Both the position numbers and the translations under genes were made by a program. A DNA stretch of 64,000 nt from Octopus vulgaris (lineage: Eukaryota), in NCBI GenBank assembly GCA_951406725.2, contig OX597830.1, positions 24,614,001-24,678,000 of the forward strand, written 5' to 3'. Positions 37,085-51,278 of the stretch are shown here, one piece after another. Position 1 is the stretch's first letter, and each line of letters opens with the position of its first letter. The notes under the pieces were generated by a model. It had not been told where the DNA came from. It did not search any database and saw only the letters and a program-made list of their open reading frames with translations.

Positions 37085-39319
37085 TATATATGCTTGTGTG
37101 TGTATATGTATTCATCTATAAAAATATAAAGAATGAAAATACAGTCATTTGGGCCTGATTAGTCACACCTCGATTAAATATCTTACTACGTGCAATGCTT
37201 CACCTGGAAGGCAACACAGAGAAAGAAACTTGATTTGTAAGTAAATAATCAAATCTAAATGGATATACCATACTGTATATATTGCATACTATATCCTGTT
37301 TGCACAGCCAATAATATACATGGATGTGTGTATGTGTGTGTGTTTCATTGTCTGTAACTATACAAAAGGCCATCAGATATATCTGTGTGTATGCAAGTGT
37401 TTGTATGTGTGTGTGTGTGAGAGATAGAGAGAGAGAGTTTGTGTGTAATCTGTGTTTCTGTGATTGTTTACGCTTTGTGTTTTGAGTGTAAAAACCTCTG
37501 AGCCACAGCCAGGGAGGTTTGTTGGCAATTCCTTGTCAATTAATCACCCGCTAGCTCTGCGCTTTCAAAAATGAAGTGAATGAAAAATCCCTTAATTGGT
37601 TAAACGGGTATGGGTTAATGACAGGAACAGCATCCAGTTGTAAAATGGGACCTCAATGTGCGTTCATGCAACCCTTGCTAGCATGGAAATCTTTTGTCTT
37701 CTATTTGTTGCAGTCACTGGACTGTGGCCATGCTGGAGCACTGCCTTGAAGGATTTAGTAAAACAAACTGATCCCAGTACCTGTGGGTTTTTTATCATCT
37801 TAAAGCCTGGTGCTTATTGTATTGGGTTCTTTTGCTGAACTGCTAAGTTACAGTTACGTAAGCAAACCAACCAGTTGTCAAACAGTGGTGAGGGACAAAC
37901 AGAAACACACACCCACACATGCAAGCATACACACATACACACACACACACTTTGTGGGCTTCTTTCAGTTTCCCTTTACTAAATCCACTCACAAGGCTTT
38001 AGTCAGTCTGGTGCTATAGTGGAAGACACTTGCCCATGATGCCATGCAGTGGGACTGAACCTAGAACCATGATGTTGGGAAGAAAATTTCTTACAACATA
38101 ACCATACCTGTGCCTATAAATATAGATAGAAGAGGAATTTATGATGTATGTATGTATTAGAGGAAAAAGGACAACGAAACCAAGGCAGGACAAGCATCTC
38201 ACATAGTTTAGAATATTTAGAGGAAGGCGAATTTGAAGTAATTGATTAGTTAATTAATCAATCAATTAATTCTTGGATGTCTTACAGTTGTTTCTGGGAT
38301 ATCCTAAGAGATTGGCTAGCATCTCCATACACAGGTTATTCTGTCATCAGAGACAAGGTGAGCATATAGAAATGTTCCTGACAGAGAATTCACAGTGTAT
38401 ATAGAAATGAAATGGTAGATAAAAGGATCATTTCTACTCTAGGCCCCAAATTTTTGTGGATGTGGGGACCAGTAGATTAGATCGACCCCAGTATGGAACT
38501 TGTACTTAATTTATCAATCCCAAATGGATGAAAGGTAAAGTCGACCTCAGCAGAATTTGAATTCAGAACTTAAAGACAGATAAAATATCACTAAGCATTT
38601 CTCCCGGCATGTTAACATTTCTACCAGCTTGCTGCCTTAGTAGATAAAAAAAATAAAGAGTAAAACAGTGGATAAAAGAATACAGACAGGAGAATGAGTT
38701 CACAGCTCATCTTCAAGAGGGTATGGCAGTTGGTCTGTAATTCCATGAAGGTATAGGTCCTTGAATATAATCCCATATGTATGTATTCATGTATGAGTGA
38801 ATGAATTATCCAAACAGCCTTACCAACATGAATGAACTGTCCACTTAGCATTACCAACATACCAGCAAAAACATTTATTTCTAATTTCCTATGAATGGAA
38901 ACCTTGTCTAGCTACAGGAAAATACTACTTTGCTTGTAAACAGGTGAGGGTTGGCAACAAGGATATCCAGCTGTAAATAAATCTGCCTGAAAAAAATCCT
39001 TCTAACCCATGAAAGCATGGAAAAGGAAACATTAACTGACAATACACACATGCACATACACACATACATACATACGTATGTATCAAAACAGTTTGATTCA
39101 AATTCATTGGTACTCCAAGTTTCAAGAGTGATGCTAATCTTCAGCCATTTTGAAACCATGGGAAAGTGGACATTAAATGTATTGGTAACAATAAGTGATC
39201 TGCAAATGTTCAAACTGGACATGAGTTACATCAGCCTCACCAATCTTGTAGTGTAGCCTTCAATGCATATGTGTTCTGCTTCTCTTTTCACTGACTTATA
39301 AAAGAAAAAAAAACTACAA

Positions 39320-39452
39320 TTCTGTATTTCTGAGATGAGGAATTTATATAATGTATATTGCTTATATAAATCAGACTGGTATCCTCATATTAATTGTTGC
39401 TTTTCACTAATGTTTTGGCTGTTGTATGCTCCAGCCTTCTTCAGGTGTCTTG
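39320..39452 (-). mobile_element. Decayed relative of the 35.1-kb hammerhead element
   Basis: Minus strand CAAGACAC-CUGAAGA-a-GGCUG...CAGCC-aAAACaUU-aGUG. Shares ttctgtattt..gagatgaggaatt with 35082-35106. Confidence 0.6.
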
Positions 39453-39850
39453 TGTTGAACTTGGTTGTTCGTAGATAAAGACATTGGTTCATGTGGTGCA
39501 GTCAACTAGAAGTGCTGAGTTCAATCTCAGGCTTAAGACAGTTCACAAATATTCAACTGAATCAGAAATCTCAAGAAGCATGCAGAGCTGAATGAGAACA
39601 GTGTATCTCCATGGATCAAATAAAGGATTAGGTACAAAATTGCTATTCATCAACCAAGTCCAACTCAAGACATCTGAAGAAGACAGAAGTGTGCAGCAGC
39701 TGAAATGTAATGAAAGCAAGAATGGAGATGGGGACACCAGTTCAACAAATATCAAAAGTATACAGATAGAAAAACTAATTAAATAAAAAAAAAAAACAAC
39801 TAATTAAAATGACTTTTAATTTGGTGCTAATGATTGTTTAATTGTTACAG

Positions 39851-39980
39851 GGATGCCATTGCTAAAGCCCTTTATTGTCGACTTTTCACCTGGTTAGTGG
39901 AACGAATAAACCAGATTGTCTACAGATCTCCACGGGAAAAAGTGACATCGATGGCTCTCTTGGATATTTTTGGATTTGAA
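39851..39980 (+). CDS. Myo15: Myosin motor exon (DAIAKALY, switch II DIFGFE)
   Basis: ttacag|G...TTTGAA|gtaagg. DAIAKALYCRLFTWLVERINQIVYRSPREKVTSMALLDIFGFE; phase 2-0. Confidence 0.95.
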
Positions 39981-40141
39981 GTAAGGACAGTTTTCATTTT
40001 ACTACTAACCTTTGTTTTAATGTATTAATGTTTATAAAGGCAGGAAATAGAGTAGACAGTGGGTAAGTAACTGGAAAGAAGATTGTAGACAAGAGACAGA
40101 ACCAGGATGGCAGGGGGTGGGGAGACACACACACACACACA

Positions 40142-40332
40142 CGAGGAGGTGCTAAAACGTTCTTGGCTTTGGGTAAAAGAATACACAGGAGGATCAGTTA
40201 ATTATGATTTTATTCAACATATTCCTATCTCAGATTTATGTATTTATGGCAGCAGTCCTTCAGCTTTTCTAAGTCCTGTGAAAAAACTCAGAATGTTGGG
40301 CCTCCAGCCAGGAACTTTTCAAAGCACCCTCA
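40142..40332. mobile_element. Mariner-type MITE
   Basis: TIRs cgaggaggtgctaaaacgttcttggc / gccaggaacttttcaaagcaccctca|TA. Confidence 0.65.
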
Positions 40333-40341
40333 TATATATAC

Positions 40342-40400
<59 letters not shown>

Positions 40401-40561
40401 TTCTCAACCTACCTTACAGCTGGAGGCGCAAATGAGGGTAGCGATGTCAAACTCCCTTATTCACCAAAATACCACATATCAGAGGAGGCTCTCAATAATA
40501 ACAGTGTAGCAAAATGGTGGTGCCCCAGCATGGTCACAGCTTTGAGCTGAAACTGATAAAA

Positions 40562-40600
<39 letters not shown>

Positions 40601-41004
40601 TACATATATGTTTTTTACTTGTTTTAGTCATAGGACTGTGGTCATGCTGGGGCACCACCTTGAAGGGTTTATTTGTACAAATCAACCCCAGTACTTATTT
40701 TCTTTTTAAACTCTGATACTTAATTCATCAGTCTCTGTTGCATTCAGCCACAGAAACCTGCTAAATCAGGCTGGAGTCTGGTGCAGCCTTCCAGCATTCC
40801 CAGCCCTGGTCAAACCGTCCAACCCGTGCCAGCATGGACAACAGATTTTAAATGACGATGATGTCTAATGCTTGTTTATTCACAGTTTTGAATTAATCAT
40901 GCATTATCTTGTAGCTTTGAGATTTCAATAATAATGATGACAATGATGTAGTAGTAGTATAATATATACACATTTGCTTATGCTCTCTGTTTCCGTTTTT
41001 GTAG

Positions 41005-41232
41005 GACATATCTTTAAACAGTTTTGAACAGCTGTGCATCAATTATGCAAATGAGACACTACAGAGTTTCTTCAATGAATGCATCTTCCTCATGGAACAG
41101 AAGGAATACAAGAAGGAGCGCATCAACTGGAGCCAGATTGACTTCCCAAACAACCAGGAACTCATTTGTCTCATCAGCAGCAAACCATCCGGCATTTTTC
41201 ATATCCTTGACGATGAGTGTAATTTCCCAAGG
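41005..41232 (+). CDS. Myo15: Myosin motor exon (relay helix)
   Basis: ttgtag|GAC...CCAAGG|gtaata. DISLNSFEQLCINYANETLQSFFNECIFLMEQKEYKKERINWSQIDFPNNQELICLISSKPSGIFHILDDECNFPR; phase 0-0. Confidence 0.95.
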
Positions 41233-43220
41233 GTAATATTCTTTTCTTTTTTTTACTTGTTTCACTCATTAAACTGTGACCAAACTGGAGCACTGCTTTG
41301 ATGTATTGTGTTCAGTCAATCAAAACAACCCTAGTACTTAAAGTCTGATACTTATTCCTTCAGTCACTTTTTGGTGAACCACTTAGTCAAGGGGACATAA
41401 ATAAGTTTACTATGCACTAGCTTAACACAAGAGTTACACAACCTGAATCTTAATCATGATCATCATTTTCTATCCCTTTCCCATGTTAGTATGGGTAGCC
41501 CAGGTTTACTGAGGCTGTGTTTTATGACCAGATGCTTTTCTTGGCACCAGTCTTTTTAATTGCCTCTAAAAACTAACAGGAAAGTGTATCATAAGAATTG
41601 GTGCACATTAAACTCTGTAACAATTCTGAAACTGGGGTATACACAATATGAGCTTCCCTAACAAGGGCATAATTTGTTCCTCGAATAAATCAGATATAGA
41701 CTATATAACAGAAGGGAGCAAAGTAGAAATAAGCAATCTTTCATGTTTTTTTACATGTTCAGTCATTAGACTGTGGCCATGCTGGAGCACTGCTTTTAGT
41801 CAAATAAATCAACCTCCAGGACTTATTCTTTGTAAGCCTAGTACTTATTCCAAATGTTTCTTTTGCTGAACTGCGAAGTTGTGGGGACACAAACACACCA
41901 ACATTGGTTGTCAGGTAATGGTGGGGAGACAAACACAGACACAAATATCATCATCATCATTGTTTAACATCTGCTCTCCATGCTGGCATGGGTTGGATGG
42001 TTTGACTGAGCACTGGCAAGCCAGAAGACTGCACCTAGCTTGAATCTGATCTGGCAAAGTTTCTACAGCTGGATGCCCTTCCTAATGCCAACCACTCCGA
42101 GAGTGAAGTAGGTGTTTTTTTTATGTGCCTCCAGCATGAGGGCCAGTCAGGCACTACTGGCATTGACTATGCTTGAATAGTGCTTTTTACATACCACCGG
42201 CACAGGAGCCAGTCAGATGGCATGAGCAATGACCATGTTCAAATCATGCTTTTTACATGCCACTGATATGGGACCAATCAGGTGGCACTGGCATTGATCA
42301 CGCTTGAATGGTGCTTTTTACGTGCCACTGGCCACGACAATGATTTATATATATATGATAGGCTTCTTTCAGTTTTCCTCCATCAAATCCACTCACAAGG
42401 CTTTGGTCGGCCCAAGGTTACAGTAGAAGACACTTGCTCAAGGTGCCATGCAGTGGGACTGAACCTGGAACCATGTAGTTGGGAAGCAAACTTCTTACCC
42501 CACAGCCACACCTGTAATTCTAAAGAATTTCTGGAATTAAACTTCTCAATGTGTAAAGCTTCAAATAAAATGGTGAACTGGTAGAATCATTGACAGTCCA
42601 GGCAAAATGCTTAGTGGAATTTTATCCTTCTTTATGTTCTTAATTCAAATTCCACCAAGGTTGACTTTACCTTTCATCCTTTCAGGGGTCGATAAAACAA
42701 GGTCAAGCTAAGTAGTGGGGTTAATGTAAATGACCTACCCTCTCCTCCAAGCTTGATGGCCTTGTGCCAGAAATTTGAAATTAATATTTAAACCTTGAAA
42801 AGTGTCAAGTTGGTAGAATCGTTAACATGCCAGGTGAAATGCTTAGCAGTATTTCATCCATCTTTACATTCTGAGTTCAAATGCCACCAAAGTCAACATA
42901 CCTTTCATCCATTCGACATCAATAAAATAAGTACCAGCTAGGCTCTGGGGTCAATGTACTTAGCCCCACCCTCAGACTTGTTGGATTTGTGCCAAAATAT
43001 TTAAACTTTGAAGTGCTCTTCTACTTGTTTCAGTCATTTGACTGTGGCCATGTTGGAGTACCGCCTTTAGTCAACCAAATCGACCCCAGGACTTTTTCTT
43101 TGTAAGCCTAGTACTTATTCTATCGTCTCTTTTGCCAAACCGCTAAGTTACGGGGACATAAACACACCAGCATCGGTTGTCAAGCAATGTTGGGGGGACA
43201 ATACAGAGACACAAACGCAT

Positions 43221-43257
<37 letters not shown>

Positions 43258-43545
43258 CATGACAGGCTTCTTTCAGTTTCCGTCTATCAAATCCACTCTC
43301 AAGGCTTTGGTTGGCCCAAAGCAATAGTAGAAGACACTTGCTCAAGGTGCCACGCAATCGGACTGAACCCGTAACCATGTGGTTGGTAAGCAAGCTACTT
43401 ACCACACAGCCACTCCTGCACCTGTAATTCATTATTTTCTCTTGTATGTTTCCTCTCTACAAAATATTTAATGTTTCTCTGTGTTTAAAGAAATAAGAAT
43501 GGTGTTCTGCAAAGTATTGACAAAAATGTGATTTGACTCTTACAG

Positions 43546-43671
43546 GCATCAGACAAGTCTTTCTTAGAAAAGTGCCATTATGAACATTCCATGAGCTGTA
43601 ATTATGAGAAACCAAGGATGTCAAGCATGGAATTCATTATTTACCATTATGCTGGCAAAGTAACATATAAT
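43546..43671 (+). CDS. Myo15: Myosin motor exon (HYAGKVTY)
   Basis: ttacag|GCA...TATAAT|gtaagt. ASDKSFLEKCHYEHSMSCNYEKPRMSSMEFIIYHYAGKVTYN; FLEKCHY is myosin XV-like; phase 0-0. Confidence 0.94.
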
Positions 43672-44998
43672 GTAAGTATACAGATACATTGTTATCATCA
43701 TCATCATTTTAATGTTAGTTTTTCCATGCTTGCATGGGTCAGGGTTGTTTCATTCAAGTAGATTTTCTACAACTGGATGCCCTTCCTGTTGTCAACCTTT
43801 ACTTATTTCCAAGCAAGGTAATATTTCGAAACTGGTAATATTTCCAAGGGTGGTGAGCTGGCAGAATCATTAGCACGCTGGGCAAAATGCTTAGGAGTAT
43901 TCCATCTGTCACTACGTTCTGAGTTCAAATTCCACCGAGGTCGACTTTGCCTTTCATCCTTTCGGGGTCGATTAAATAGGTACCAGTTATGCACAGGGGT
44001 CGATATAATCGACTTAATCCATTTGTTTATAGTTGTTTGTCCCCTCTGTGTGTAACCCTTTGTGGGGAGTAAAGAAATAAGAATTGTTAGCATTTCAGCG
44101 GTGGTGCCCCAGCATGGCTGCGGCCTTCAGGCTAAAACATTTTTAAGGATTTCTTTTTAAGGATTTATGCCAGGTAAATTGCTTAGCAGTATTTCCTCTG
44201 CCATTATGTTCTGAGTTCAAATTCTGCCGAGGTCGACTTTGCCTTTCATCCCTTCGGGGTCGATTGAATAAGTATCAGTTATGCACTGGGGTCAATGTAA
44301 TCGACTTAATCCCTTTGTCTGTCCTTGTTTGTCCCCTCTATGTTTAGCCCCTGTGGACAATAAAGAAATAAATATTTCCGAACTGGCAGAATCGTCACCA
44401 CACGGGCCAAAATACGTAGCAGCATTTCATACGTCTTTATGCCCTGCATTCAAATTCCGCCAGGGTCAATTTTGTCTATTGTCCTTTAGAGAATTATAAA
44501 ATAAGTACCAGTTGGACACTAGGGTCGATGTAATTGATTAACCCCCAACCATCCCCGAACTTGGTGGCCTTGTGCCAAAATCTGAAACCAATATTTCTCC
44601 GTGATTGAACTGGACATGTTTACATGGAAGATCGGAAATGAATGATGGTGATAGTCATTTATAACAATCACATGATGTCAAGGCAAAGAAACACCAACAC
44701 ACACACATAAAGACACACACACACATACACATGCACACATCTTCTACACCAAAAATATTTGATTTCAAGTTTTGGCACAAGGCCGGCAATTTTGGGGGAG
44801 GGATTAGTCAATTACATCAAGCCCAGTGTTCAATTGCTACTTATCTTATCAACTCCAAAAGGATGAAAGGCAAAGCCAACCTCAGCAGAATTTGAACCCA
44901 GATTGTGAAGACAAATGACTCTACACCACAATATTAAAAAGCAAACCTTTCTTTCTCCTATTTTCTTTTTTTAAACTACTGTTTTGTGTTTGTTGCAG

Positions 44999-45076
44999 GC
45001 AAGATCCTTTTTGGAGAAAAACAAGGATACACTCCAGAGTGACGTTGTTGAATTGCTGTGTGAAAGCAAGAATTCT
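44999..45076 (+). CDS. Myo15: Myosin motor exon (FLEKNKD)
   Basis: ttgcag|GCA...AATTCT|gtaagt. ARSFLEKNKDTLQSDVVELLCESKNS; phase 0-0. Confidence 0.93.
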
Positions 45077-46201
45077 GTAAGTTGTGTAAACTATTTGCAT
45101 AGAATTGCTTTTTCTTATAAGAAACGTCTAAACAGATTCCTTTCACTAATCCTATTCCTTTGAGAGCATCTTAGATCTTAATTAAAAAATTTAGTTTAAT
45201 ATGGTTATAGAATTCTAAATCGTGGCCATCTCTTTTTCTTTTTATTAAATATAATGTGCACGGCCAAATGTTTGGAGTACTGTATTCACAATTCACAAGA
45301 TCAAGGTTTCAATTTCCAGACCAGTGGTGAATTGTGTTCTTGAGCAAGTACTTCATTTCACATTGTTCCAGTTCATTCAGCTGTAAATTAGGAAGCCTAC
45401 AATGGACTGGTGTCCTGTTCAGGGCAATGTTGGCCTACTTGACGAGTGGTATCATTAGAAAGCTACTTTGTAAGGAAGCACATTATGACTAGCAGTATAT
45501 AACAACATCCAATACTCTGCTCAATACAGTCATAATGTTTCTACAATTCTATTTTCAACAACATCCTTCCTTTTTTTTTTTTTAACATAGACACTGACTC
45601 TTGATTTATGGGTGACTTTGTTACTATTTTTAGCAGGTCAAGTGATCACATAGATCTCTTTCTTCACTTGAAACATGGAACCCCGAGTGAAATAATTTGC
45701 ATTTTTCATCATCATCATCTTCATCACTACCATCATCATTATCCACATTCAGACTTTTCCATATGGACTTTCATGGTTAATCAAACTACCTCACCTTAAG
45801 AGCATTTACCTCTGCTCTGTCTCTTTTGTCAACCCTATCTTTTCAAGGTCTACTATAACCACACATCTCTGTTTCAAGCCATCTCTCTTCCCTTTCCCTC
45901 CTCCCTCCCTCTCCATTGCTCTCCCTCTCTATCCCTACCGTTTTCATTCTCTCTCTCTTTCTTTTCTTTCTCTCTCTTGTCATCCCCAGCTTTCCTCTCC
46001 TAACATCCCTATTAACTTTCTAATTTCATCACCACCATGTGTCATCCTTCACTTATCTTTTCATATATTCTTTTACTCCATCTTATATCCTCTTACTCCA
46101 TCTTATATCACTTTCTAACTTTTCAAATATTTCACCATTGCTGCCTGTGTGACCAATCTGATTCCTCCAGACCAGAAACTTCATCAGGAATATTTCATTA
46201 A

Positions 46202-46407
46202 CCCTTTCAATACAAACCCACCTGAAACCATCTCTGGCTCTGTAGTACAAATGTCTTGTTTTCAAAAGTTCTGAATTAAAATCTTCCACCAAACCTTAGT
46301 CACAATTTATGTTCCTAAACAGTTTATTTTACTAAATTATTTGTTATATTTAAAATTAATTGAAAGAAACACAGAGCATCGCAACAGGAATATGGTTAAA
46401 AAAAGGG
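46202..46407. mobile_element. piggyBac-like MITE, 70 bp upstream of a myosin exon
   Basis: TTAA|CCCTTT...AAAGGG|TTAA; homologous to 1559-1771. Confidence 0.8.
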
Positions 46408-46476
46408 TTAATTCCTATAGAATCTTTTGCCCTTCTTGAGTCGCTAATCATCTCTAAATTGTTTTATTACTCATAG

Positions 46477-46631
46477 ATAATCTGCCAAATGTTTGAAGAC
46501 ATGAGAGGACGACTACTTCCAAAGACATTGAGCAAGAACACAGGTCGCTATGTAACAATGAAACCCAAAACACCAACAGTGTCAGCACAGTTCAATGAAA
46601 GTTTGGCTTCCCTTGTATATACCATGAAACA
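46477..46631 (+). CDS. Myo15: Myosin motor exon (loop 2)
   Basis: tcatag|ATA...AAACA|gtgagt. IICQMFEDMRGRLLPKTLSKNTGRYVTMKPKTPTVSAQFNESLASLVYTMK(Q). GRYVTMKPKTPTV matches the GRFVTMKPRTPTV loop 2 I recall from invertebrate myosin XV; phase 0-2. Confidence 0.93.
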
Positions 46632-47972
46632 GTGAGTATGATTTCTGACTTGAATGACCCATGTAAATGTGTATCAGTGCATCACTTTATTATAAATATA
46701 ATCTACAAAACTACCTCTGCTCTACATATTAGTAGTGCTGTGCTACAGTAAAATGAAAAAGAGCCCCTTCAGTCATGAATGACCTAGGGATTGCACCTAG
46801 AAAGTTCCCCTCCGAGGCACAAGTCCAGGAAAGGTTGTTTATGGAAGACCAGTATTTGCCCATGCATACCAGCTTCCCCTCTTCACGTCACCAATGCTGT
46901 CCAAGGGAAAGGCAAAGGCCGATGCAATTTGGCACCTGTGACATTGCAACTCATTTCTACAGCTGAATGAACTGGAGCAACATGAAATAGTGTCTTGCTC
47001 AAGAACACAACACATAACCTGGTCTGGGAATTGAACTCACTACCTCATGATTGTGAGCCCAACACTCTAAACACTGAGCCGTGTGCCATACTACAGCACA
47101 CCTTGCCATTATACCACATTGTTCGTAGTACGACACCATATGTGGTACTCTACCTTACATGGTAGCATACCATGTCATATAAGCATTGGATGCAAACAGT
47201 ATTGGATCAGGAATCAATAAACTGAGCAATGAGGAAGCATCTATGTGGTTGCTTAACCTGGCAGATAAAGCAGCCAAATTTCCCTATCATCTCAAAAATG
47301 GACAAACTGTATATGGTGATCTTGGGGTGGTCAAGGCTGAAATACCTCTGATTTTAGGTCTCTTTGGTCTGTGACAGCCTGAGGATTAAGCAACAACAAG
47401 CAAAACCTATCATGTAACAATATCACATCTCATTGTAGTAGCATAATGCTGTGAGGTGACAGGATCGTTAGCCTGCTGGAGAAAATGCTTAGCAGCATTA
47501 TGTCCGGCTTTATGTTCTGAGTTCAAATTCTGCTGAGGTCAGCTTTGCCTTTCATCATCATCATTCATTCATCTTCGTTTAGTGTCTGCTTTCCATGCTA
47601 GCATGGGTTGGACGGTTCAACTGGGGTCTGGGAAGCCAGAAGGCTGCACCAGGCCCAGTCTGATCTGGCAATGTTTCTACAGCTGGATGCCCTTCCTAAC
47701 GCCATCCTTCCAATTAAATGATGTAATTGACTTTTCCCCTGAAATCACTGGCCTTATACAAAAATTATAGTCTTAGTCTCTAGAGCATCTTAATGGCCAC
47801 AATTGTACACCTATCCCAGACAATAACCATACACCACAGTATATTACATTACAAACCACTACGTTGTACGTTGTTACACCGCAAACACTCCACATCAGAC
47901 CATATCACATTACACTACAGCAGCTCACTGTCTTTGTCTTATTTCACAGCTTAATAAACAAAAGCACAAAAT

Positions 47973-48025
<53 letters not shown>

Positions 48026-48903
48026 TGTATCTAAAAAAAAACAGGCAAGGATTACATACAAAAAAAGCATCCAGCCATAAAATCCTGTCTCAAATAACTT
48101 CTTGTCTAATCTATGCACGTTTTTAAAGACACAGTTGCTATAATATTTCACTTTATATTGTTACTTTGATAACTACTCTAGCCCTACAAACTACTAAAGG
48201 AACCTCTTCTCTGTGGTCAATCTATCTGTTAAAAATAACAGCCAAATCTCTCTCAAATCATGCCTTGCTGTTTTTGAAAAAGGTGCATTGGATAATGCTG
48301 TCCTTGTTTTCCTGGAAATAGGTAAAACATTGGATGGTTTCAGTTGAAATATCTCTTAATGATGGTCTGCTTTATCGGGACGATCCTTGAACTGGACGAC
48401 TATTCTAACCCCATATAGTTATTACAGTGACAGCTAGTGTACAAGGTGGTTGGTATCAAAGAGTACCTTGACTAGTTCTGTAGCATGGCGACAGATGGTA
48501 GCACATAATTGTGTGTGTAGTGAGAGCTAACAGTGACCTTCATAAGGCAGTGTGACAAGTGACATCACTGTGTTTAGATATTAGTGTGGCATTTCATCAG
48601 ACTTGTATCAATGGTGTGCTGTTACATTGTTTTATATATATGTACACACACACACATACATACATACGTGCATGCATATACACACACGCTTTATTGTAGG
48701 TTAACAAATTTACCAGTAGTTTGATGTAAATTTTCAAGTACCAACATTCTCATGTGATATGCTTGAAAATTGTAGAAACTTCTTTTGATATGAAGCCATT
48801 GGTAGCCTTGTTATCAGACAAATAAAGGTCATTAATTCACCAATTTTGACCACTCGTTCTCTCAGTTCAAGATTAGCATACATATATCTATGTTTTATAT
48901 GTA

Positions 48904-50160
48904 TTGGGTTGGCAACTATGTTCATGCGGTTTTTTTAAATTGAAAATTTTTATAAGGTTTGATAAAAAATAACAACTAATTAATGAATAATGTATTCACC
49001 CTTGTTGTTTACAACTTTTTCCCAATGTTCAACAAGATTTTCAATACATCGTTGGTAGAAATCACCTGATTTCGACACAAAAAATTGATCCAACCAAGCT
49101 CTCAATTCTGCATCAGTATTGAACAAAACTCTGTACATAGCATTTGAAAGAGATTGAAAGGGGTGGAAATCTGTTGGTGCCAAATCAGGAGAGTATGGTG
49201 GGTGTGGCATCACTTCGCAGTCATGCATTTGAATGGCTTCCTTGGTCATATTGGCGATATGAGGGTGGGCATTGTTGGGCAGCAGAACTCCTTGCTGCCA
49301 ATTACATCTTTTCTCCTAAATACCCATGGTGAGTAATTCCACCTGTTGCACATAGAGTTCCGCGTTGACCATTTGATTCCGTTCAAGTGATTTGTAATGG
49401 ATAATCCCTTCCCAGTCCCACCATACGCACAACATCTTGTTTCACACGCGGTGTCACTTGTTTACTGGAGTTAAGCCATTCCTTAAGCTGCTTCATATTG
49501 ATGTACAGGCACCATTTTTCATCGCCAGTAACATTTCGGTAAAGAAATCGTTCATGACTTGAGTGGTGATGAGCAAAACAGCGGAGATTGTTGCTCATTG
49601 ATTTTTGTTGTTTGTCACTTAAAGCATGCGGAACCCATGCTCCATATTTCTGAACCTTTCCCATCGAGTGAAGATGCTTCTCTATAGCAGTGTGGGAGCA
49701 TTCCATTCTCTCTGCCAGTTCCCTTGTCGTTTGACGAGAATTTTCATGCAAGTTGGTTTAATCGCTCTTCATCGAACTCAACTGGACAGCCAGAATGAGG
49801 TGCATCTTTGAGGTCAAAATTTCCATTTTTGAACTTGGCATACCAATCAGGAGCAGTTCTTTCAGCTATGGCACCCTCTCCAAACACAGCACAAATGTCG
49901 TGAGCAGTTTTTGCGGCCTTAGAACCTTGATTAAAAGCAAAAAGGTGGTGGTGTTGAAAATGCTCATTTTTCTTAACTTGACATTCCATTTTAATGATCT
50001 GAAAATAAACAAAAATTTACAAAATTTAACTAGAAAAAAACCAAAATAGATTCCAAAATGATTCAAAAATAGAATTCTCAAAAAAAATAGATTCCAAAAT
50101 TTAAAAACGCAATAAATTCTAAAATTTAAAAAATCAGCGGGAACTTCCTTGCCAACCCAA
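48904..50160 (-). mobile_element. Near full-length degenerate mariner (mellifera-like)
   Basis: TA|TTGGGTTGGCAA...TTGCCAACCCAA|TA. Transposase 49989-48980 in broken frames: MECQVKKNEHF..., WVPHAL, TGDEKW, HPPYSPDLAPTD; second catalytic Asp mutated (NNAHPH). Confidence 0.95.
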
Positions 50161-51278
50161 TAGTATACATACATACATACATACATACATAGTCCTTCTG
50201 TTTTTAATCCTTTAGGATATTCATCCTGGCATTAACCATAATTTTGTCCCCTGTCTGGCCCTAAGGCTGTATTCTGTTTATTTATTTCATGTTTGTATGT
50301 TCACTTTTCTGTATTGCATATTTATTTCTTCACTTTCTGTCATGTTTGGTCCCTTGTTCATTGGCTTGCCACTTCCCAGCAGCTTCTTGCTGTCGAGACC
50401 ATCAGAGGGGACCAATATTATCGTTGAAGGCATGAAATTATATTTGACCCTCTGGCTGATAACTGATGAGGATATATATATATATATATATATATATGAT
50501 AATTGTGCTTATCTAACTGTTGATAGAACTGAATATACTTATTATGCACAAAACTCATAAGCTCCAGCAGCTAGATACTACAAATTCATAGAAGAACTCT
50601 CCTCTGGTCTTTTGTATAAACCATAAGATAACTTACAGTGCATAATATTAATAAATAATTACTAACTGTTCTATCATTTATTTGTCTGTGCGTCTGTTTT
50701 CTTTGCACATTTCTGGAGAATAGCAATTTGTTAATTCTAAAGTAGGTAAGGGCTGCTGACATGAAGGACATTTGGTTATAGATGAATGCCTCAATATATC
50801 TTTTCTCGCCAACCTGCATGGGAAAAGGAGGCATCACCATCATCATCATCATTTAACATCCGTTTTCCATGCTGGCATGGGTTGGACAGTTTGATAGGAG
50901 CTAGCAAGTGGGAGAGCTGCACCTGGCTCCAATTGTCTGTTTTGGCATGGTTTCCATGGCTGGATGCCCTTCCTAACACCAACCATTTTACAGAGTGTAC
51001 AGGGTGCATTTATGTGGCACTAGCACAAGTGCATTATACGTGGCACTAGAATGGGTGCTTTAAATGTGGCACCAGCATGGTGCTTTTCATATGGCACTAG
51101 CTCAGGTGCTTCTTACATACAGCCAGCACTGGTGCTTTTTAAGTGACACCAGCATAAAAGTAGTTAATGATGATCCCAGAATGATCTCCAACTTATAAGG
51201 AAAATCTTCTGCTATCACTTCAATAACCTAATCTGCTGTTAATCCACTAGTTAATCATTATTCTCTCTTCTTTATCAG

